Part shown: piece after piece, positions 12,300-25,858 of the stretch | Layout: each line of letters starts with the position of its first letter | Numbering within the stretch: position 1 is the first letter of the stretch | From: Daphnia carinata | Taxonomy: Eukaryota | Reading direction: 5' to 3' | Assembly (NCBI RefSeq): GCF_022539665.2 | Contig: NC_081331.1 | Coordinates: 12,648,001-12,712,000 of the forward strand | Length of the DNA stretch: 64,000 bases | Made by a program: the position numbers and the translations under genes | The notes under the pieces: generated by a model | Told to the model about the DNA's origin: nothing | Databases searched by the model: none | What the model saw: the letters and a program-made list of their open reading frames with translations, nothing else

Positions 12300-13151
12300 C
12301 ATAGTAATGCCACCGTAGCAAAATTGTCTCTGCATTGCCTTTGAGCTTACTATCAAGGTCTAGAAATCGCAAAGCAGCTAAAAATATACAGTCTCACAAA
12401 AACCGGTAATATCTCGACGAGCCTTGTCGGCAAACGCAGAAATAGAACGAACCCGTTTAGGTACATTTTCATGGGAAGACTTTTCTTTTCATTCCCAATT
12501 GCATATCTATCGAACCCAACGGCTAAACTGGAAAAAAGGACGTTCTCTTTTTTTACTACCACAGGCCTTCATCTTCTATCCTAAAACAACATTTGTAAAC
12601 ATATTTGCCTACCTATGAAGTTGTATAGATTCAGTTAATTAAATCATTCGTTAATCAGTCAATTACAAAAATGCAAATTTATTAACTAAAGCAAAAAAAA
12701 GAGGAGATGCCAATTTCGGTAGTATTGATATTATCAATAATCATTCACGTGTATTGCAGTAGTCAACATTCACCCGACATTAAGAAACCAATTGCCACTC
12801 ATTGTCATCACACAACCGGGATTCAAGATAACCCAAAGGCACTTTCTCCAATCGAAGATTCAATACGGTATTAGACGGAAAGTGCACGCAACATCAAACG
12901 TTGATACAATTTAAAATTGGGGGAAAACATGCGGGTAATAAACAAGTCAAACAGTGACGGTATTCACACAAAATTTTTGACAGAAAACACGAATGACGAT
13001 TGTAAAAATGTGAGCTGTTATTATAAAAACAACAAATTTCTTGATGCAAATTTGCATTGGGTGGACTCGGGGTGCATGCGTCGTTCGTCAAACCCCCAAG
13101 ATAAAGGACGCATACCATACTGGATCGTTCGGATTTGTTTTCTTTTCATCT

Positions 13152-16100
13152 TCACAATTCTAGTTGCCGGAAAAAGTGGCGACAAAAGACCGAAGCTATG
13201 GACGGGGGACTGTCAACTTTGCCGAGTGTTGCCATGGACTGGGCGTCAAGACGATCGTAGGCTAGTCTATATTCTCGATCAAATGCGACTATACGGTTTC
13301 GATAAAAAAATTCAAGTTAGACGTTAAACAGGTTAATGAAATGGGAGGGTATGTAAATAACTTACTTTGATCAATATTTTCTCGTCCAATAGCAACGAAC
13401 GAGAGGAAAAGCAACTCGCGATAAATTCCATGGTGTCGTGCAATCAGTCCTGTTTTTGTTTTGCGCTTAACAAGTTCAGAAGAAATTTGTTTCAGTGGCC
13501 GGAGCATATCGTTGTACTGGATGCCACGTAGCAGTTCATCAAGGAAACTGGAACCCAAAGAAGAATTAATCTGGATACTCTATGATTTCGCTATGTTATT
13601 TACGTACCTTCGTTGAAACGACTGGTTGTCAGTAACCAATGCGCTAACCAGCGGAGAATGTTGCTCGTCAGCTTGCTGCCACAATGCATAGCAAGGAGGA
13701 CCAAGCTATCAAACGAAAAACGGGGAAAGCAAAAAACAAAATCGAATCAATGTCAGGGAATTTGATTATAAACACAGTTACCTCGTCATGCAGCCTGGCA
13801 TTATCCCATTTAGTCTTTACAGAAATGTTTCGTTCGTCAGCAGACGACCATGAAGCGTGTACACGACAGGCGACTTCGGTGGCTTCACTGTCGTTATTGT
13901 TATTCGTCTCATTAAGGCCAATGTTTGCACGTAAGATAAGAGCTGCCATGTGGGACATTAAGCCAACTCGTTCGAAATACCAAAGCTAAACATCCCACCA
14001 AAAAATAAATAAATAAACATTTAAAGGAAATTATTTCAATAAAGGGTAGCAAAGTATTTACCATATTCCAATATATAATAGAATGTTGGTCAACAAAGCT
14101 TGCTTGTGTTAGACAGACATCACCTTCCTGTTCAAGAATACCCTCTAATTCTCTCCGCAGAACCAATGGGCTCAGATACGGCACGCTAATGGGTCCAAAT
14201 GTAACCGGAGAAACAAGAGGGGCTGGGTGGACCTTTTCCGGGTTTGTTGTTTTTGACAAATGTTCTTCCCCTTTGATTGGCCTATTGCCTCCGTCACTGC
14301 CATTGCGAGAATGTGACGATGATATCACGCTGTCTTGGCTAACACCCGGCGTCAAATTAGAAAACATTCGCTGGACGGCTGATGGAGGATGAGAGCGGAA
14401 ATCGCGGAGATGGGTAGTAAGGAAAGGCACCAACAGCTTTTTGCAATGTTGACATCTAAACGACGACCAACATACTAGTAAAATTGGCGGTCAAACGGTA
14501 ATAGAAAAGATATTACCTAGTGTTAAGGTTAGAGTCTTCCGGTGTCCAACCGGCCATGATCTCTTCGTCGTAAAGAATAGAAGAGCAATTGTGACATTTG
14601 GAACAGCTGGTCATGATCACCTCGATAGCAACAGGCAACTCTTCACCGGGACGCTGCCTTCTACCACTATTTGGCAAGCGCATTGATGCACACAATCTGT
14701 CTAATTGAGAGCTCGTTTCAGTCCAAGACGGTAGTCCTTCTACAAAACAAAACAAAATCATTCAGATACTTATTCGTAAGTGTAAAAAATGGTTCGTGAA
14801 CGATTACTGTTGTTAGAGCTAGCCTGACCGTCAGTAGTAGACCACTCTGACGGCGTAGCCGATCCGGTAGCCGGTTGACTACCATACTGCTGGGAAGCTA
14901 GATCGGCTGAAGATGCTCTACGTAGCCACTGAGCCGTCCAAGAACTCCAGGTCTCCAAAGAACCATCACCGGGTCCGTCTACCGTGAGCAGAGCACTGCT
15001 TCCACTTGCCGATCCACTTTCCGTCGCCAACCTGCATCAAATTGTGATGAATAATTTCAAGGAAAAATGTCAACATTAAAATAACTTACATTCCAGAACC
15101 GGAAAGTTTTGATGGAGTGACAGTGACTCCAGCTCCGATGGCGCCTTTAATCTCGTCAAACTTCTTGGCTACGCTGGAAGCCGCTGATTTCAGATTATTC
15201 AGACCCACCAAGAACTCGGCTTTACGCGCGTTTAGATTCTGTGGACTATCGAAATATTTGAAACAATTAATGTTTTTTTTTAAAGATATAAAAGTATGGC
15301 TCAAAAACAGAATGGATGCAATTGCAAACAGCTTGCAAACCTGAGAGAATTCAAAGCCGTGCCCAAAACTTGAGCGCCCAAGTTGACTCGGAATTCCGGT
15401 TTGCGCAGACTCCAACGAGCTCCTGCGTAGCGACTGGATAGATAGCGATACGGCGCGCGAAGAGAACATTTAAAAAATAAAATAATAACAATAAAAACAA
15501 TGTGAAAATACAAAGGACAAACAGGCAAACAAAAAAGATGAAAACAAAACATAAAATTCTGAAAATTACGAATAATCTCTTCAAATGTAAGCCCACCAAA
15601 TAAATATTGTTTAAGGGCATGCACATTGGCAAAAAAAAAAAAATTTACTTCACATGCTTTTTCTACCTAAATGACAACCTGGAGGCCGAAGATGAGACAT
15701 CGTGAGAATGATCCGATTCTTCTTCCGATTCAGATTCCTCGCTACTGTCATCTTCGCTGCTATCATCTTCAGTGCTGCTACCACTGCTACTTGTGCTATG
15801 GCTACTTGTAAAAAGTCTGACACTTGGATCTGGCAACACAAAGGGCTTCAGACGAGAAACTTCCGCAGAAGCTGGGGTTGAACGTGCGACTTCGTTTATG
15901 ATATCCAGTGCGCCCAATGGATCACCATGGGTTAGAGTGTGTCGTTCGGGACTGCAAGTCGGAGCGGTTTTGACGGTAGGTTGAGCATTCTGGGTGACTT
16001 TCGCCACTTCATCACTAGACACACGAGAATTGGATGCACGGTCCTCTTGGTCGACATGGTTAACGTCACTATTCCATGTTGATTGACTCGATTCCTGAAC

Positions 16101-19100
16101 CATCTCCTGAGGTTTCACGTCAATTTTTTCATCTTTTTCGTTCTCTTTCAATACTGTTGGTTCTGACGTGGTGTCTTGCTGTCCGCCCATATCCAGCTTT
16201 TTACGGATGCTACTGCGCGCCCACTGCAGTCGATCAGCCAAGGCAGTTTTAGCTGGACTGAGATGTCCTTCCAAAGGCGAAACAAACATCCCGCCCAATC
16301 GTAGGCTAGCCGATCTAAAATTTCACGTGCGGGGTTCCGGGAACACCAACGAGCAATGAGTAAGACAGGCGAAGCCAAATAAATACTAATAAATTAGTTG
16401 AAAAAAACAAAACAAAACAAAACAGATTGGACAGAAACACAAAGAAAATAAAAATCTATAAACAATAGTCCAAAGCTGTTCGATAGGGGATTTTTTTTAT
16501 TGACGCGTTACCACTTACCATCTTCTGCTGCCGGAACTGACTCTTCCCATTTCATATACGTAAATGGACCAAAAGAAAGAATTACCTGAATAAAGAAGCG
16601 GTCGACGCACTCTGTGAACTCGACTTGGTCTGACTAGAAGCGTCTGGAGTTGAGGTAATAGACGCAATCGGTGTTATAGCACTTTTCTCCCGCGGAAGTG
16701 TGGCTCCTTTGGCTTGCTGTGGTGAAGGATGAGACAAGTTATGACCGGCAACGTCCAGGGCTGCTTTAAGTTCCGTAGCTTCAGTGGGACTCAGTGTTCC
16801 ACCGCCGCTGCCCAGGCTGCTCATCAGAACACCAGCTGCACTGTCAACTGTATAACACGGATGAATTATTGAACGACCAAAGAATACAGTGATTAAAGAA
16901 ATCCTGTTTAGCCTTCAAGAAATCGCTTTTGGGTGCCCAGCAGTGCAGGAGAGTGTAGATAGCGGACGAGAGAAGCGAGAACAAATAAATGACATACCAC
17001 TTTTGTGAGGAACTGCGTTGGCGGATTTTCTGACGATGCTCCCAACACGCGTCCGGAACTCGTCCGACTGGGAAAAATCCAGTCGGACGGCGACCGGTGC
17101 GACAGCAGAGGCCGTTTTGGCCATTTTGTTACCGGTCGCACGGGAGCCACAAATGTCTACCGACTCCTCAGCTGCATTTGATACAAGAACCCGAAACAAT
17201 AAAAAAAAAGCCAACAGGACACCGTAGAGTTAGCACCCACGAATGACAAACCAAAGCGACCGTATGTTGAAGCTCTAAGCCTTGTGAATATTAAGCAATC
17301 ACCACACTTGTAGCGATACGCATTTAGAAATGAAAAAAGACTGACCAATACGTTAATTTTTCACTTAAAGACTATTTGGAATATGTGAATAAAATACGTG
17401 TTGGCAATTCGCAGCCTTTAAAACGTGAGACGTGAGAATCGAACTCATTGTTTTAAGCTTGAAAATACCCTTTAAACTTCCCGAACAGAAAACGATAAGG
17501 TTGGCTAAAACTCACCCTTCAAAGCCGTTGGTAGATCTTTCTGACTTGAGCTCTTGGGTTTTTGATTTGCTTGGCCATCTTCTTTCATAGAACTATAGCC
17601 GACATCCGATTGGCTACCTACATCAGACGAAAGAAATTAAGTTTTAGTTTTTGATAATAAAATTAGTACTAAAAATACTGGTCACTGCGCTGTTTCGATA
17701 TATTATTGGAGCACCTCCGACTCCGCCCGTATGGTGACCCTCTTGGGCAGAGTCGACGGATGTCCGTGAAAGTCCGTCCCCATCAGAATTGGAAGCTAGA
17801 TCGCCTTCATCTGTCGAGGAATACTGGGATAATCTTCGCTGAGCAGCTTTTCTTCCTGCTTGACGGAAGAGTCCTGCCGCAGTCACTACATTTCGCAGTT
17901 TATTCCAAAGAAGTCGGCTGTGGTTCGCCATATCTGATGACCAATGAGCCTCGAGTACTGCCTTATTGTAGAAGCCGTAGGTGATTGCATTCGGCTGCAC
18001 TCCATGTCGTTTCATTTCAAAGAGCACTTTGACAGCCAAAACAGGTTGACCCAACACACCACAAAGTTGCATCATCACTCGATAACAAACTTCGTCAGCC
18101 GGAAGGACCCGGAGCTTCTGCATGGCTACTAATATGGCGTAAGCTGACCTCAAGGTTGTTAGTTTAGAGTTTGATGCCAAAATGTGACTTGGAAGATGAA
18201 TAAACCAGATACTGGAGAATGTAAAACAACATGAATGTTACACATCCTCTTCGTCCATGCTGAATCAATCAATTCAATTGTTACCTGAAGCAAGTATTAA
18301 GCAGACATTTGGCCCACAACATTGGAGTTTCCGCATATTTTTTGGCGAACTTTTGAGAGTTCTTAATTTCATGCTTTGTTCTTCGGGCTAAAGGACTACT
18401 TGGTGGAGGTAAAGCCGATCCACATGCATTCCCACTGTTAGATCGCGGTTTCGTGCTACTGCCGACTAAAGACGGGTCTAGTGAAGATTCATCCACCGGT
18501 CGACGCATCAAATCCGGATTCAAGGTACCGAATTGCTGATAACTATAGGTAACAGCAGGTGGAAGGCCGACTGGCTCCGGAGGAGTGACAAAAACTGTGC
18601 GTTCGCTGTGATGCGAATCATCAAGCTCCAACAGCTTAGTTTCACCATCATCCAAATCGGTCTGTCATGAACAAAAAAAACCCCATAAGCTATTGCTTCC
18701 AATAAATAAACTTATTGATTCGTTTAAATACTTTATCGGAACATTCATCAAAGAAGGCCAGGCTTGAATCCATATCAGAGACAAAGGAGCGCTCTTCGAT
18801 GAAACGGATGAACATCTGCGTTTTCATCATCAGGGAATAGAATTTAACATAGGCTTTGTCACGCGAGCGCAAGAACCCTTGAAGATCAAACAGCGAGTTG
18901 GGATCCGTTGCACCTACAGTCGGCGCTTTGGTGATAGGCAACAAAAAGGATCGGTAGCCACGCAGGATCGACGCCATGAATTTGAGGAAAGCCTCTTGAA
19001 TTTCCAATTCCAGTAAAAGCTGATAAGCACAAAGAGACATTTCGTCAAGAAGCTTGACGCTAGTACACGATGCAACGTTAGGTACCTCCTTCTTTTTAAT

Positions 19101-21341
19101 TTTGAAATCTCGGTCTAAAGAGGAATCAGAACCGTCTCCGCGCTTGCCTCTCTCGCTCCAAAAAGTTGAATACAGCTTTTCGTATAGATATTGTAGCGTC
19201 GCCCGTAACGTTCGGGCAGCTTTCTTGGGCAGTAGTTTAACTGAAAGTAATGGTTTTTTCTCCTCCGACCTTGTCACAAGAAAAGACGGCAATCAAACTA
19301 GAAATTTAGGTAAATTTTTCAAGGAAAAGCGCTTCTTACACAGATATGGTGTTGGTATCAAGATCGACGCAGCTGACCTCGGCTGGTGGGTCGTACATAT
19401 CAAAGAAGCGAGAGTCTACACCAATGAGATAAGGAAGCGGGGCATTCAGGACATCGCTAAGCCCAAGAGGGCACAATGGGATGTAAGGACACTGCCACTT
19501 GAAAGGAAATATACTCTGCAAGACAACAATGTCAAGTAGTCAACACAATTGAAATCATAAACTGATAAAGATAAAAGCTTACCGTAGCCAGGGCTTCCGC
19601 TGTTGCCGTCAAAACATCCGGACGAAGCGAATGGATCAAAATTTTTTGCTCTGTTAAGGCCAAAAGTAGCAGCTGAAGACATCCGTCCGGTCCCAAATTA
19701 AGTAACATGCTCTTAAAGCTTGCCCCACTGCACATATAGTTTCAACATAAATTAGAAATTTCCTTCGTTAAGCAATCTGGGAAATTCAATTGTACCGTCG
19801 AGGCAATGGGAGGTCTTCTAACTGTGCTAGTGCAATCCGGTCAGTGGCCGAAAGCTGAATGAGAATTCGAGGACGTTGCGGTGACGGAAATGGCACGTCA
19901 TACATGAAATGTGTGATGTACCTAGAAACGATTGGTTGTTAGATAATGGTACGTTTTCCAGTTTGCCACAGCGCAACCTTTCAAGTGGAACTGGATAAGG
20001 CCCTGAATGAGCCACCTTGTGCAGAAATCGTAGAAATTTTTCGAACGTATCAAAGAACGGAAAATGAGATAGGATGCAGATGGATTTAATGGTGTTGACA
20101 GTGTAGTCTTTCTCAGTTGTTCCATCATTTACATCCTCCATATCCAGCCAGGCTTTTTGTTCCTTAGTCATTTTTTCTTCGGGATACCGCTCGTAAAACG
20201 TGACGGCTGAGCCGTATATCTATTTTGAAAAAAAGGGTTGCTGTAATGTATGCCAGTTAAATTGTATCTACAACGAATATTTCAATACCTTCTCTGCAGC
20301 ATCCGACACGGTTAAGACAAAAGTGGAGAATACTGGTTTTGGGGTTGCAGCGTTAATCGGCCACCACTCCAGAGTAGCGCCCATTGGCAAACAAAACAAC
20401 GGTACTGAGTCCGGCATGGGGTTGTGGGGAATGTCCTCTTCAGGGAAACGCGCCTGAATGCCTAGGATACACACCAAAACAATTAATATCAATCAGTCAG
20501 TCCAATTTGTAAAACATTTTCGAACACGCTTTACCGGGTCTATAGGCTATGTAGCGTGGTTTGTTCATCGACTTCTTGTAGCAGAGGTATACATCTGCAC
20601 CCAACTGTTTCAAACAGGGAAGATTTATAATAACAAAAGCAAAGTTATTTTTATATGATCACCCACCATTCCCTTGTTGAGGTTCTTTTTGATCATACAA
20701 TACGCGTGCGGAGGCTGTTCGCCTTTACTGGTTATGACCACACAAATGTCTGACACCACAAGATCATTGCAGGGGGCTGTATCAGGGGCTCTTCTATATG
20801 TTACATATGTGTGTTGATTGGCTGAATTATTTACATTAGCTGGCCTTCCATATGGTGTTGACAAGACAACTTCTGCATCTGACATTAATTGTTCCTTTCC
20901 TTGATACAATACCCTAAAATATACATAAGAAACAGTTACAAAATCCCTGCGCAAAGGCCTGGGAAATGGAAAAGCTTACCCAATATCAAACAATGGTGGG
21001 CGTTCACGACTCCTACGATAACACAAAAAAACTTCAGGGCTTCGTATGCTTCCATAGTTGAGATCAGCTGTTAAACCTACCAAAATACCAGGAAAATATG
21101 CAAACGTTGATATAAATTTTTATTGTGAAAAAACCTTACCAGTTGGGGTGTATTCTATGCAAGTAAAACCATGTGGGATGCCTTCACCCAAGGATGGGAT
21201 GATGACAGTAATATCTGTGATGGGTGCTTGATCGTAGGTTGACTTAAGTTGATTCCCATCAAACGAAAAGTCTTCAAGTGGCATTGATTTATCTGTGAAT
21301 CCAGCTACAACAAAGTAGTCAGCAATTTGTTTATCTTCCAT
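13152..21341 (-). CDS. DENND4: DENN domain-containing protein 4 / Crag (Rab GEF; MABP, uDENN-cDENN-dDENN, PPR), more than 20 exons
   Basis: [14 protein letters not shown] start, [47 protein letters not shown] segment [41 protein letters not shown], and [11 protein letters not shown] with stop at 13152-13154. Confidence 0.95.
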
Positions 21342-22144
21342 TTTTCAACAGCTCAGCCTCTGCAAAGGCAGCTAAAGTGAATAATACATTAATATTCATC
21401 TGTAAAGAACATTTCAGATATCAAACATACTTACCAATTCCAATGACAGAAGAAAACCTTTACATTCACACCAGGTGCACAGATCAAAAACACACCTTGA
21501 AGGGGGGAAGGGAAAGGGAGAGCTGTGTATAGCAGACAGACTAGGGGGGAATAATGGACGAACGACAAAAGTTTATAAAACGGATGCAGCTGTCTGAAAT
21601 AATATGGACACAATGATAACAGTCCTGCACCTAAGAAGAATGAAACTATCAGACTTCACAACACTTCAAACCATTAGTTTCACTCTCAATTGACCATAAC
21701 ATCATCACAACGAAGACGTGGCTTCCCCTCTAAAAACGTCGTCTTATTTCAGATCTCAGCTGAGAGCTGAACGACAATCTATACGTTGCTGAGTTGCAAG
21801 ATTTGACCTCGAGACACTATTTCGTTTTCAAACTGCTTTTGCTTCCAGTGAACATATTTGTCTCTTGTTATCTTGTAAGCGTACCACAAAAAAATGGGAG
21901 AACGACTTGCACATGGCAAGTGATGACCGAAATGCAAAAATCAATTCAGATACTCTACTTCGTCCACTGAAAACGCTACAGTGTTCGAGTATCTGGGAAA
22001 AGGACGAGTGAAAGTTTCGGGACACCTATTCACGCAGCCTTGCCTTAAGGTTTCGGCAACTGAAAACTTTCTTTTTTTCCCTCCTGTGTGCTTCAGCGTT
22101 CTGCCCACCTGAAACCGCGCAGTGCTAACCCCAGGGCCGCTGTC

Positions 22145-22166
22145 GTGACGTCACAACGCTGACTCA
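22145..22166. promoter_or_regulatory. Adjacent CRE (GTGACGTCAC) and AP-1 (TGACTCA) consensus sites upstream of DENND4
   Basis: Perfect TGACGTCA at 22146-22153 and TGACTCA at 22160-22166 in a GC-richer intergenic patch. Confidence 0.4.
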
Positions 22167-22633
22167 GTGTATTCGCACGCGCGTTGTCCTTCTACCGAAT
22201 TTCACGTCTTGACAGGAATACCGTTTCACGGTTTTTGAATGGTAGCAATGAAATCTATGCCTAAAGGCACAGTACGCAAGAACTGCTAGTTGTGAGGAAT
22301 GTCCAAATATTTATTACTTATTGAACAAGATTCCATTCTAAAATTCACCTTCCTCAAGGATAACACCAAAAACAACTCCACTGACGTGATCGCAACACTA
22401 TATTATATATATAACCTCTAACCACTCAATAATATATATCATCCCATTTACATACAATACTGCACAGCTTGTCAAATTCTACAACGGTGTCAACGAGCGG
22501 CGAATACAATAAAAATTCCATTCCTGTTCTTTTCAAATGTTTACAAAGAGCACGTCAATTGATCAATTTCATTCGAAAGATAATTTTTAATCCACGAAAC
22601 ACCGCATGCTAAAGTAATGGCAACAGAGAATAA

Positions 22634-25600
22634 CTACGATGAAAAACATGGCGTTAGGTTGGCATACGATCGATTATGCGTCATGTGAGACTGCACAAGA
22701 GTGCCTGCCGCGAGCGAAGACATAAGTGAGAGCTCGCCTGCCAAAACGGCCGCACAGATGATACGTGCTAATCGACTTGCGTTGGCTCCAGGTTCTTCAA
22801 CGTTTGACCCTGTAATATTAAAGTATTGTACAAGGAAAAGAAAACGTGAGAAGATAAACAAACAAACACATGAATAACTGTTCAAAATAAAACGGAATCG
22901 ATCAATACCTCGCAAGCCCAGCATATCAAGGCAAGCGCCCTGAGCAGGCAGCCAGGTTCCGCCTCCGATGGTTCCGACTTCCAGCGACGGCATGGTACAA
23001 GAGATGTACAAATCCTGCAAGTCTGGCCCCCATGGCTCCATTAATGTCATGCAATTGCTACTGGTGACCACTTGGGCAGGATCCTGTCCCGTGGCAATGA
23101 AAATGGCAGATACGATATTTGCTGCGTGAGCGTTAAACCCACCGATGGACCCGGCGATGGAAGACCCAATTAAATTCTTGGTGATATTTAGGTCGACTAA
23201 TGCTGCTACATTGGTCTTTAGCTTATCGCGCACGACAGCCGCAGGAATGACGGCCTCACTGACTACAGATTTACCACGGCCGTCAAGCCAATTAACCGCG
23301 GCGGGCTTTTTGTCCGTGCAAAAGTTCCCGCTTAGGCTCACCACTGTCAAGTCAGTAAAATGGCTTTGTATCACTTTCATGGCTGCTTCTGTTCCCTTTG
23401 ATACCATGTTCATGCCCATGGCGTCGCCCGTTTTGGCTACAAAGCGGATGAATAAATGGCGGCCGGCAATTTGGCATCGAATTTTCTGTAACCGGGCAAA
23501 TCGACTAGTTGCATTGAAACTCTTTTTCAATAGATCTATATTAGCCGGTTCTTCGAGCCAGCGCATCACAGCCGCTGCTCTACGTATATCCGGCAGCCGG
23601 AATACTGGTCCACGGCTCATACCGTCTGCGATTAGTTGAGTTCTGACGCCACCGTTATATGACAGGGCACTGCTTCCACGGTTTGTCGAGGCAACCAAAC
23701 ATCCTTCAGTGGTCGCCATTGGAATAAAGTAAGGTTCTCCATCCACCATTAACGGGCCAGCATAACCGATGGGTAGCGGTACATACCCGATGACGTTTTC
23801 GCAGCACACGCCTACGACTTTGGAGTAATCGTATGCCTTATAGGGCACCCGTACCACAGCATCTTCCAGATGGGGCCCACCCATCTGTGAAAGAACACGT
23901 CTTCGAATGCGAACGCCACGTTCTGCGTCTCCCAACACCTTTTCCAGCTGCCGTAGTTCGATCTTTCGCGCTTCTATAAGCTTCAGTACTTCCTGGTCCG
24001 TCACTTGGTTAGCAGCAAGCTTCAAAACTGTTAGGCTCTCATCCAGAGTACGATTGATGGCTTTTGCAGAAGAAAGTTCCTCTTCTTCTTGATCCACTTC
24101 ATCGCACTGGTCAGTTTGGACTTCTTTGTCTTCGACATCACACGGCAACTGTTCTGAGTTATCAGACAAAACGAATGATACGCAGCGATTTCGGAAAGTA
24201 TCTACTGGAAAAGACAAATGAGACGTTTCAGAGCCGAAATTTAAAATTTTTTATAAAAATATCTTAATTATGACCAAAGGAAAGCCATATTTGCATCGGA
24301 GAACGTAGAATTACATCTTACCCTTTTCCATATTTGAATCTTGAGATTTTTCAGCTGACAGAGAATTATACGTTGGAGATAACTTTTCCAAAGGTTGGGG
24401 AGTCTGATGAGTCCGATCGTCGAAAAACGTAAACTTGATAGTTAATGCTGCAATAAGAATCAATAGTACCAGCTGATCAGCCCTTTGGTCGGAAAGCCAC
24501 CTGAAATTGGCAAATAAAGTGCGCGAATCAATTTTATTTATTCTCCCTTCTGCTCACAAATTGAAACTGTACCGAAGCACCGAGTCTTCCGCCGCCACGT
24601 CTACAATAGAGGCCGGGCTGAGGGTAGCCCCTGGCTTTTCAGGGCTTAAAATCTTTCCATCTTGTAAAAATACCCACTGACTGTAAACAAAATTTAAAAA
24701 AAAGAAATATTCAACAATCAAACATCAACGCATATGTCTTTTTAACCTTGACATCTGATCGCTATCAAGTCACGCAAATAGATATACTATTGTTCATTAT
24801 TTATTCACCTGTGAGCGTGAACGACCATCAACCCTGCTGCCATGATAAGCTTTACACGTTGAACTAAGGGATTGGGTTGCTCCATTGCCATCATTTGTTT
24901 AAGAAGTTTGACACGGTGTTGCCATTGGAAAGGGGCTGACTGGTCGACCTTGCTGGAATCCAAAGTAGCGTCGCTGTCCATCACTTCTGGTTTGTTTGAG
25001 AGCTTTAAAATGAATTAAATGTTAGCTATCTTTTCAACCTTTGCTATGCCCTGTCATTTTACTAACCTCTAACACGAGGGCCAGACAGGCTGGATAAAAT
25101 GTCATGAAGACTACATAGTTGACGACGGCTGACATACATCCATAGCCGCATAAGACTTCTAACCTTCGAACTCCTGTTATTGGGAGTAAAATAGAAACCT
25201 GCTAAAATTCATGTCATATTACCTAGATTTTTGGAAACTCACCTGACAAGGTTCCAACGCCTATGACAAGAGTCTCGACCAAGGTGTCGAGCGTAATGGC
25301 TGGTCCGAGGACAGCCATGCCTTGGGAGATGCATGACGCGACTTCGGCCGCATTTCTAACCGAACAGCTTAATGACCAGTGAGCTAGAGTACAAGCCTTG
25401 ACCACATCGATCAGTAGAAGGAAGAAGAAAAGCGCATCCCTGAATAAATGGAAAATTATGGTTAGCTTCCCACTATGCAAACCAACTGTTGTAAAAAAAA
25501 AAAATTACTTCAGATCAGAAAGATCACTTTGCATGACGTTGACGACGCTGCAAGTGAAAACAAAACTGGAGAAGACAGTAAAAAGTCCGGCCAAACTCAA

Positions 25601-25858
25601 AACAAATCTGGAATGGGATCGGTGTAAGGAACGTAATCTGTGATAGCTGTATAAAACAGCCACAGCTCGCACTGTCGTCATTAGCACTATATCCAGGGGC
25701 TGTGGCGAACCCAGCGAGTCACGCGCGCGATTGAGTGTGTGCATTCCTTGGCTACTGATGATGGCTACTGTGGATGTTAAGACCAAGAAGATCACTTGCC
25801 ATGGGTGTTGAGCACAAAATAAGCCATAGTTTCTAAAAATTCCGGCCAGGAAACCCAT
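22634..25858 (-). CDS. HMGCR: HMG-CoA reductase, class I, with sterol-sensing membrane domain
   Basis: [10 protein letters not shown]-terminus, [89 protein letters not shown] and SHMTHNRS. Confidence 0.97.

Noticed and set aside
16510..16540. Strong GTAAGT donor inside a DENND4 intron (possible 18-nt poison microexon)
   Set aside because: The upstream acceptor is purine-rich and inclusion would create a TGA. There is no other support.
24403..24430. CTGATGAG...CGAAA hammerhead-like core
   Set aside because: Stem II does not pair, and the sequence is antisense to an HMGCR exon.
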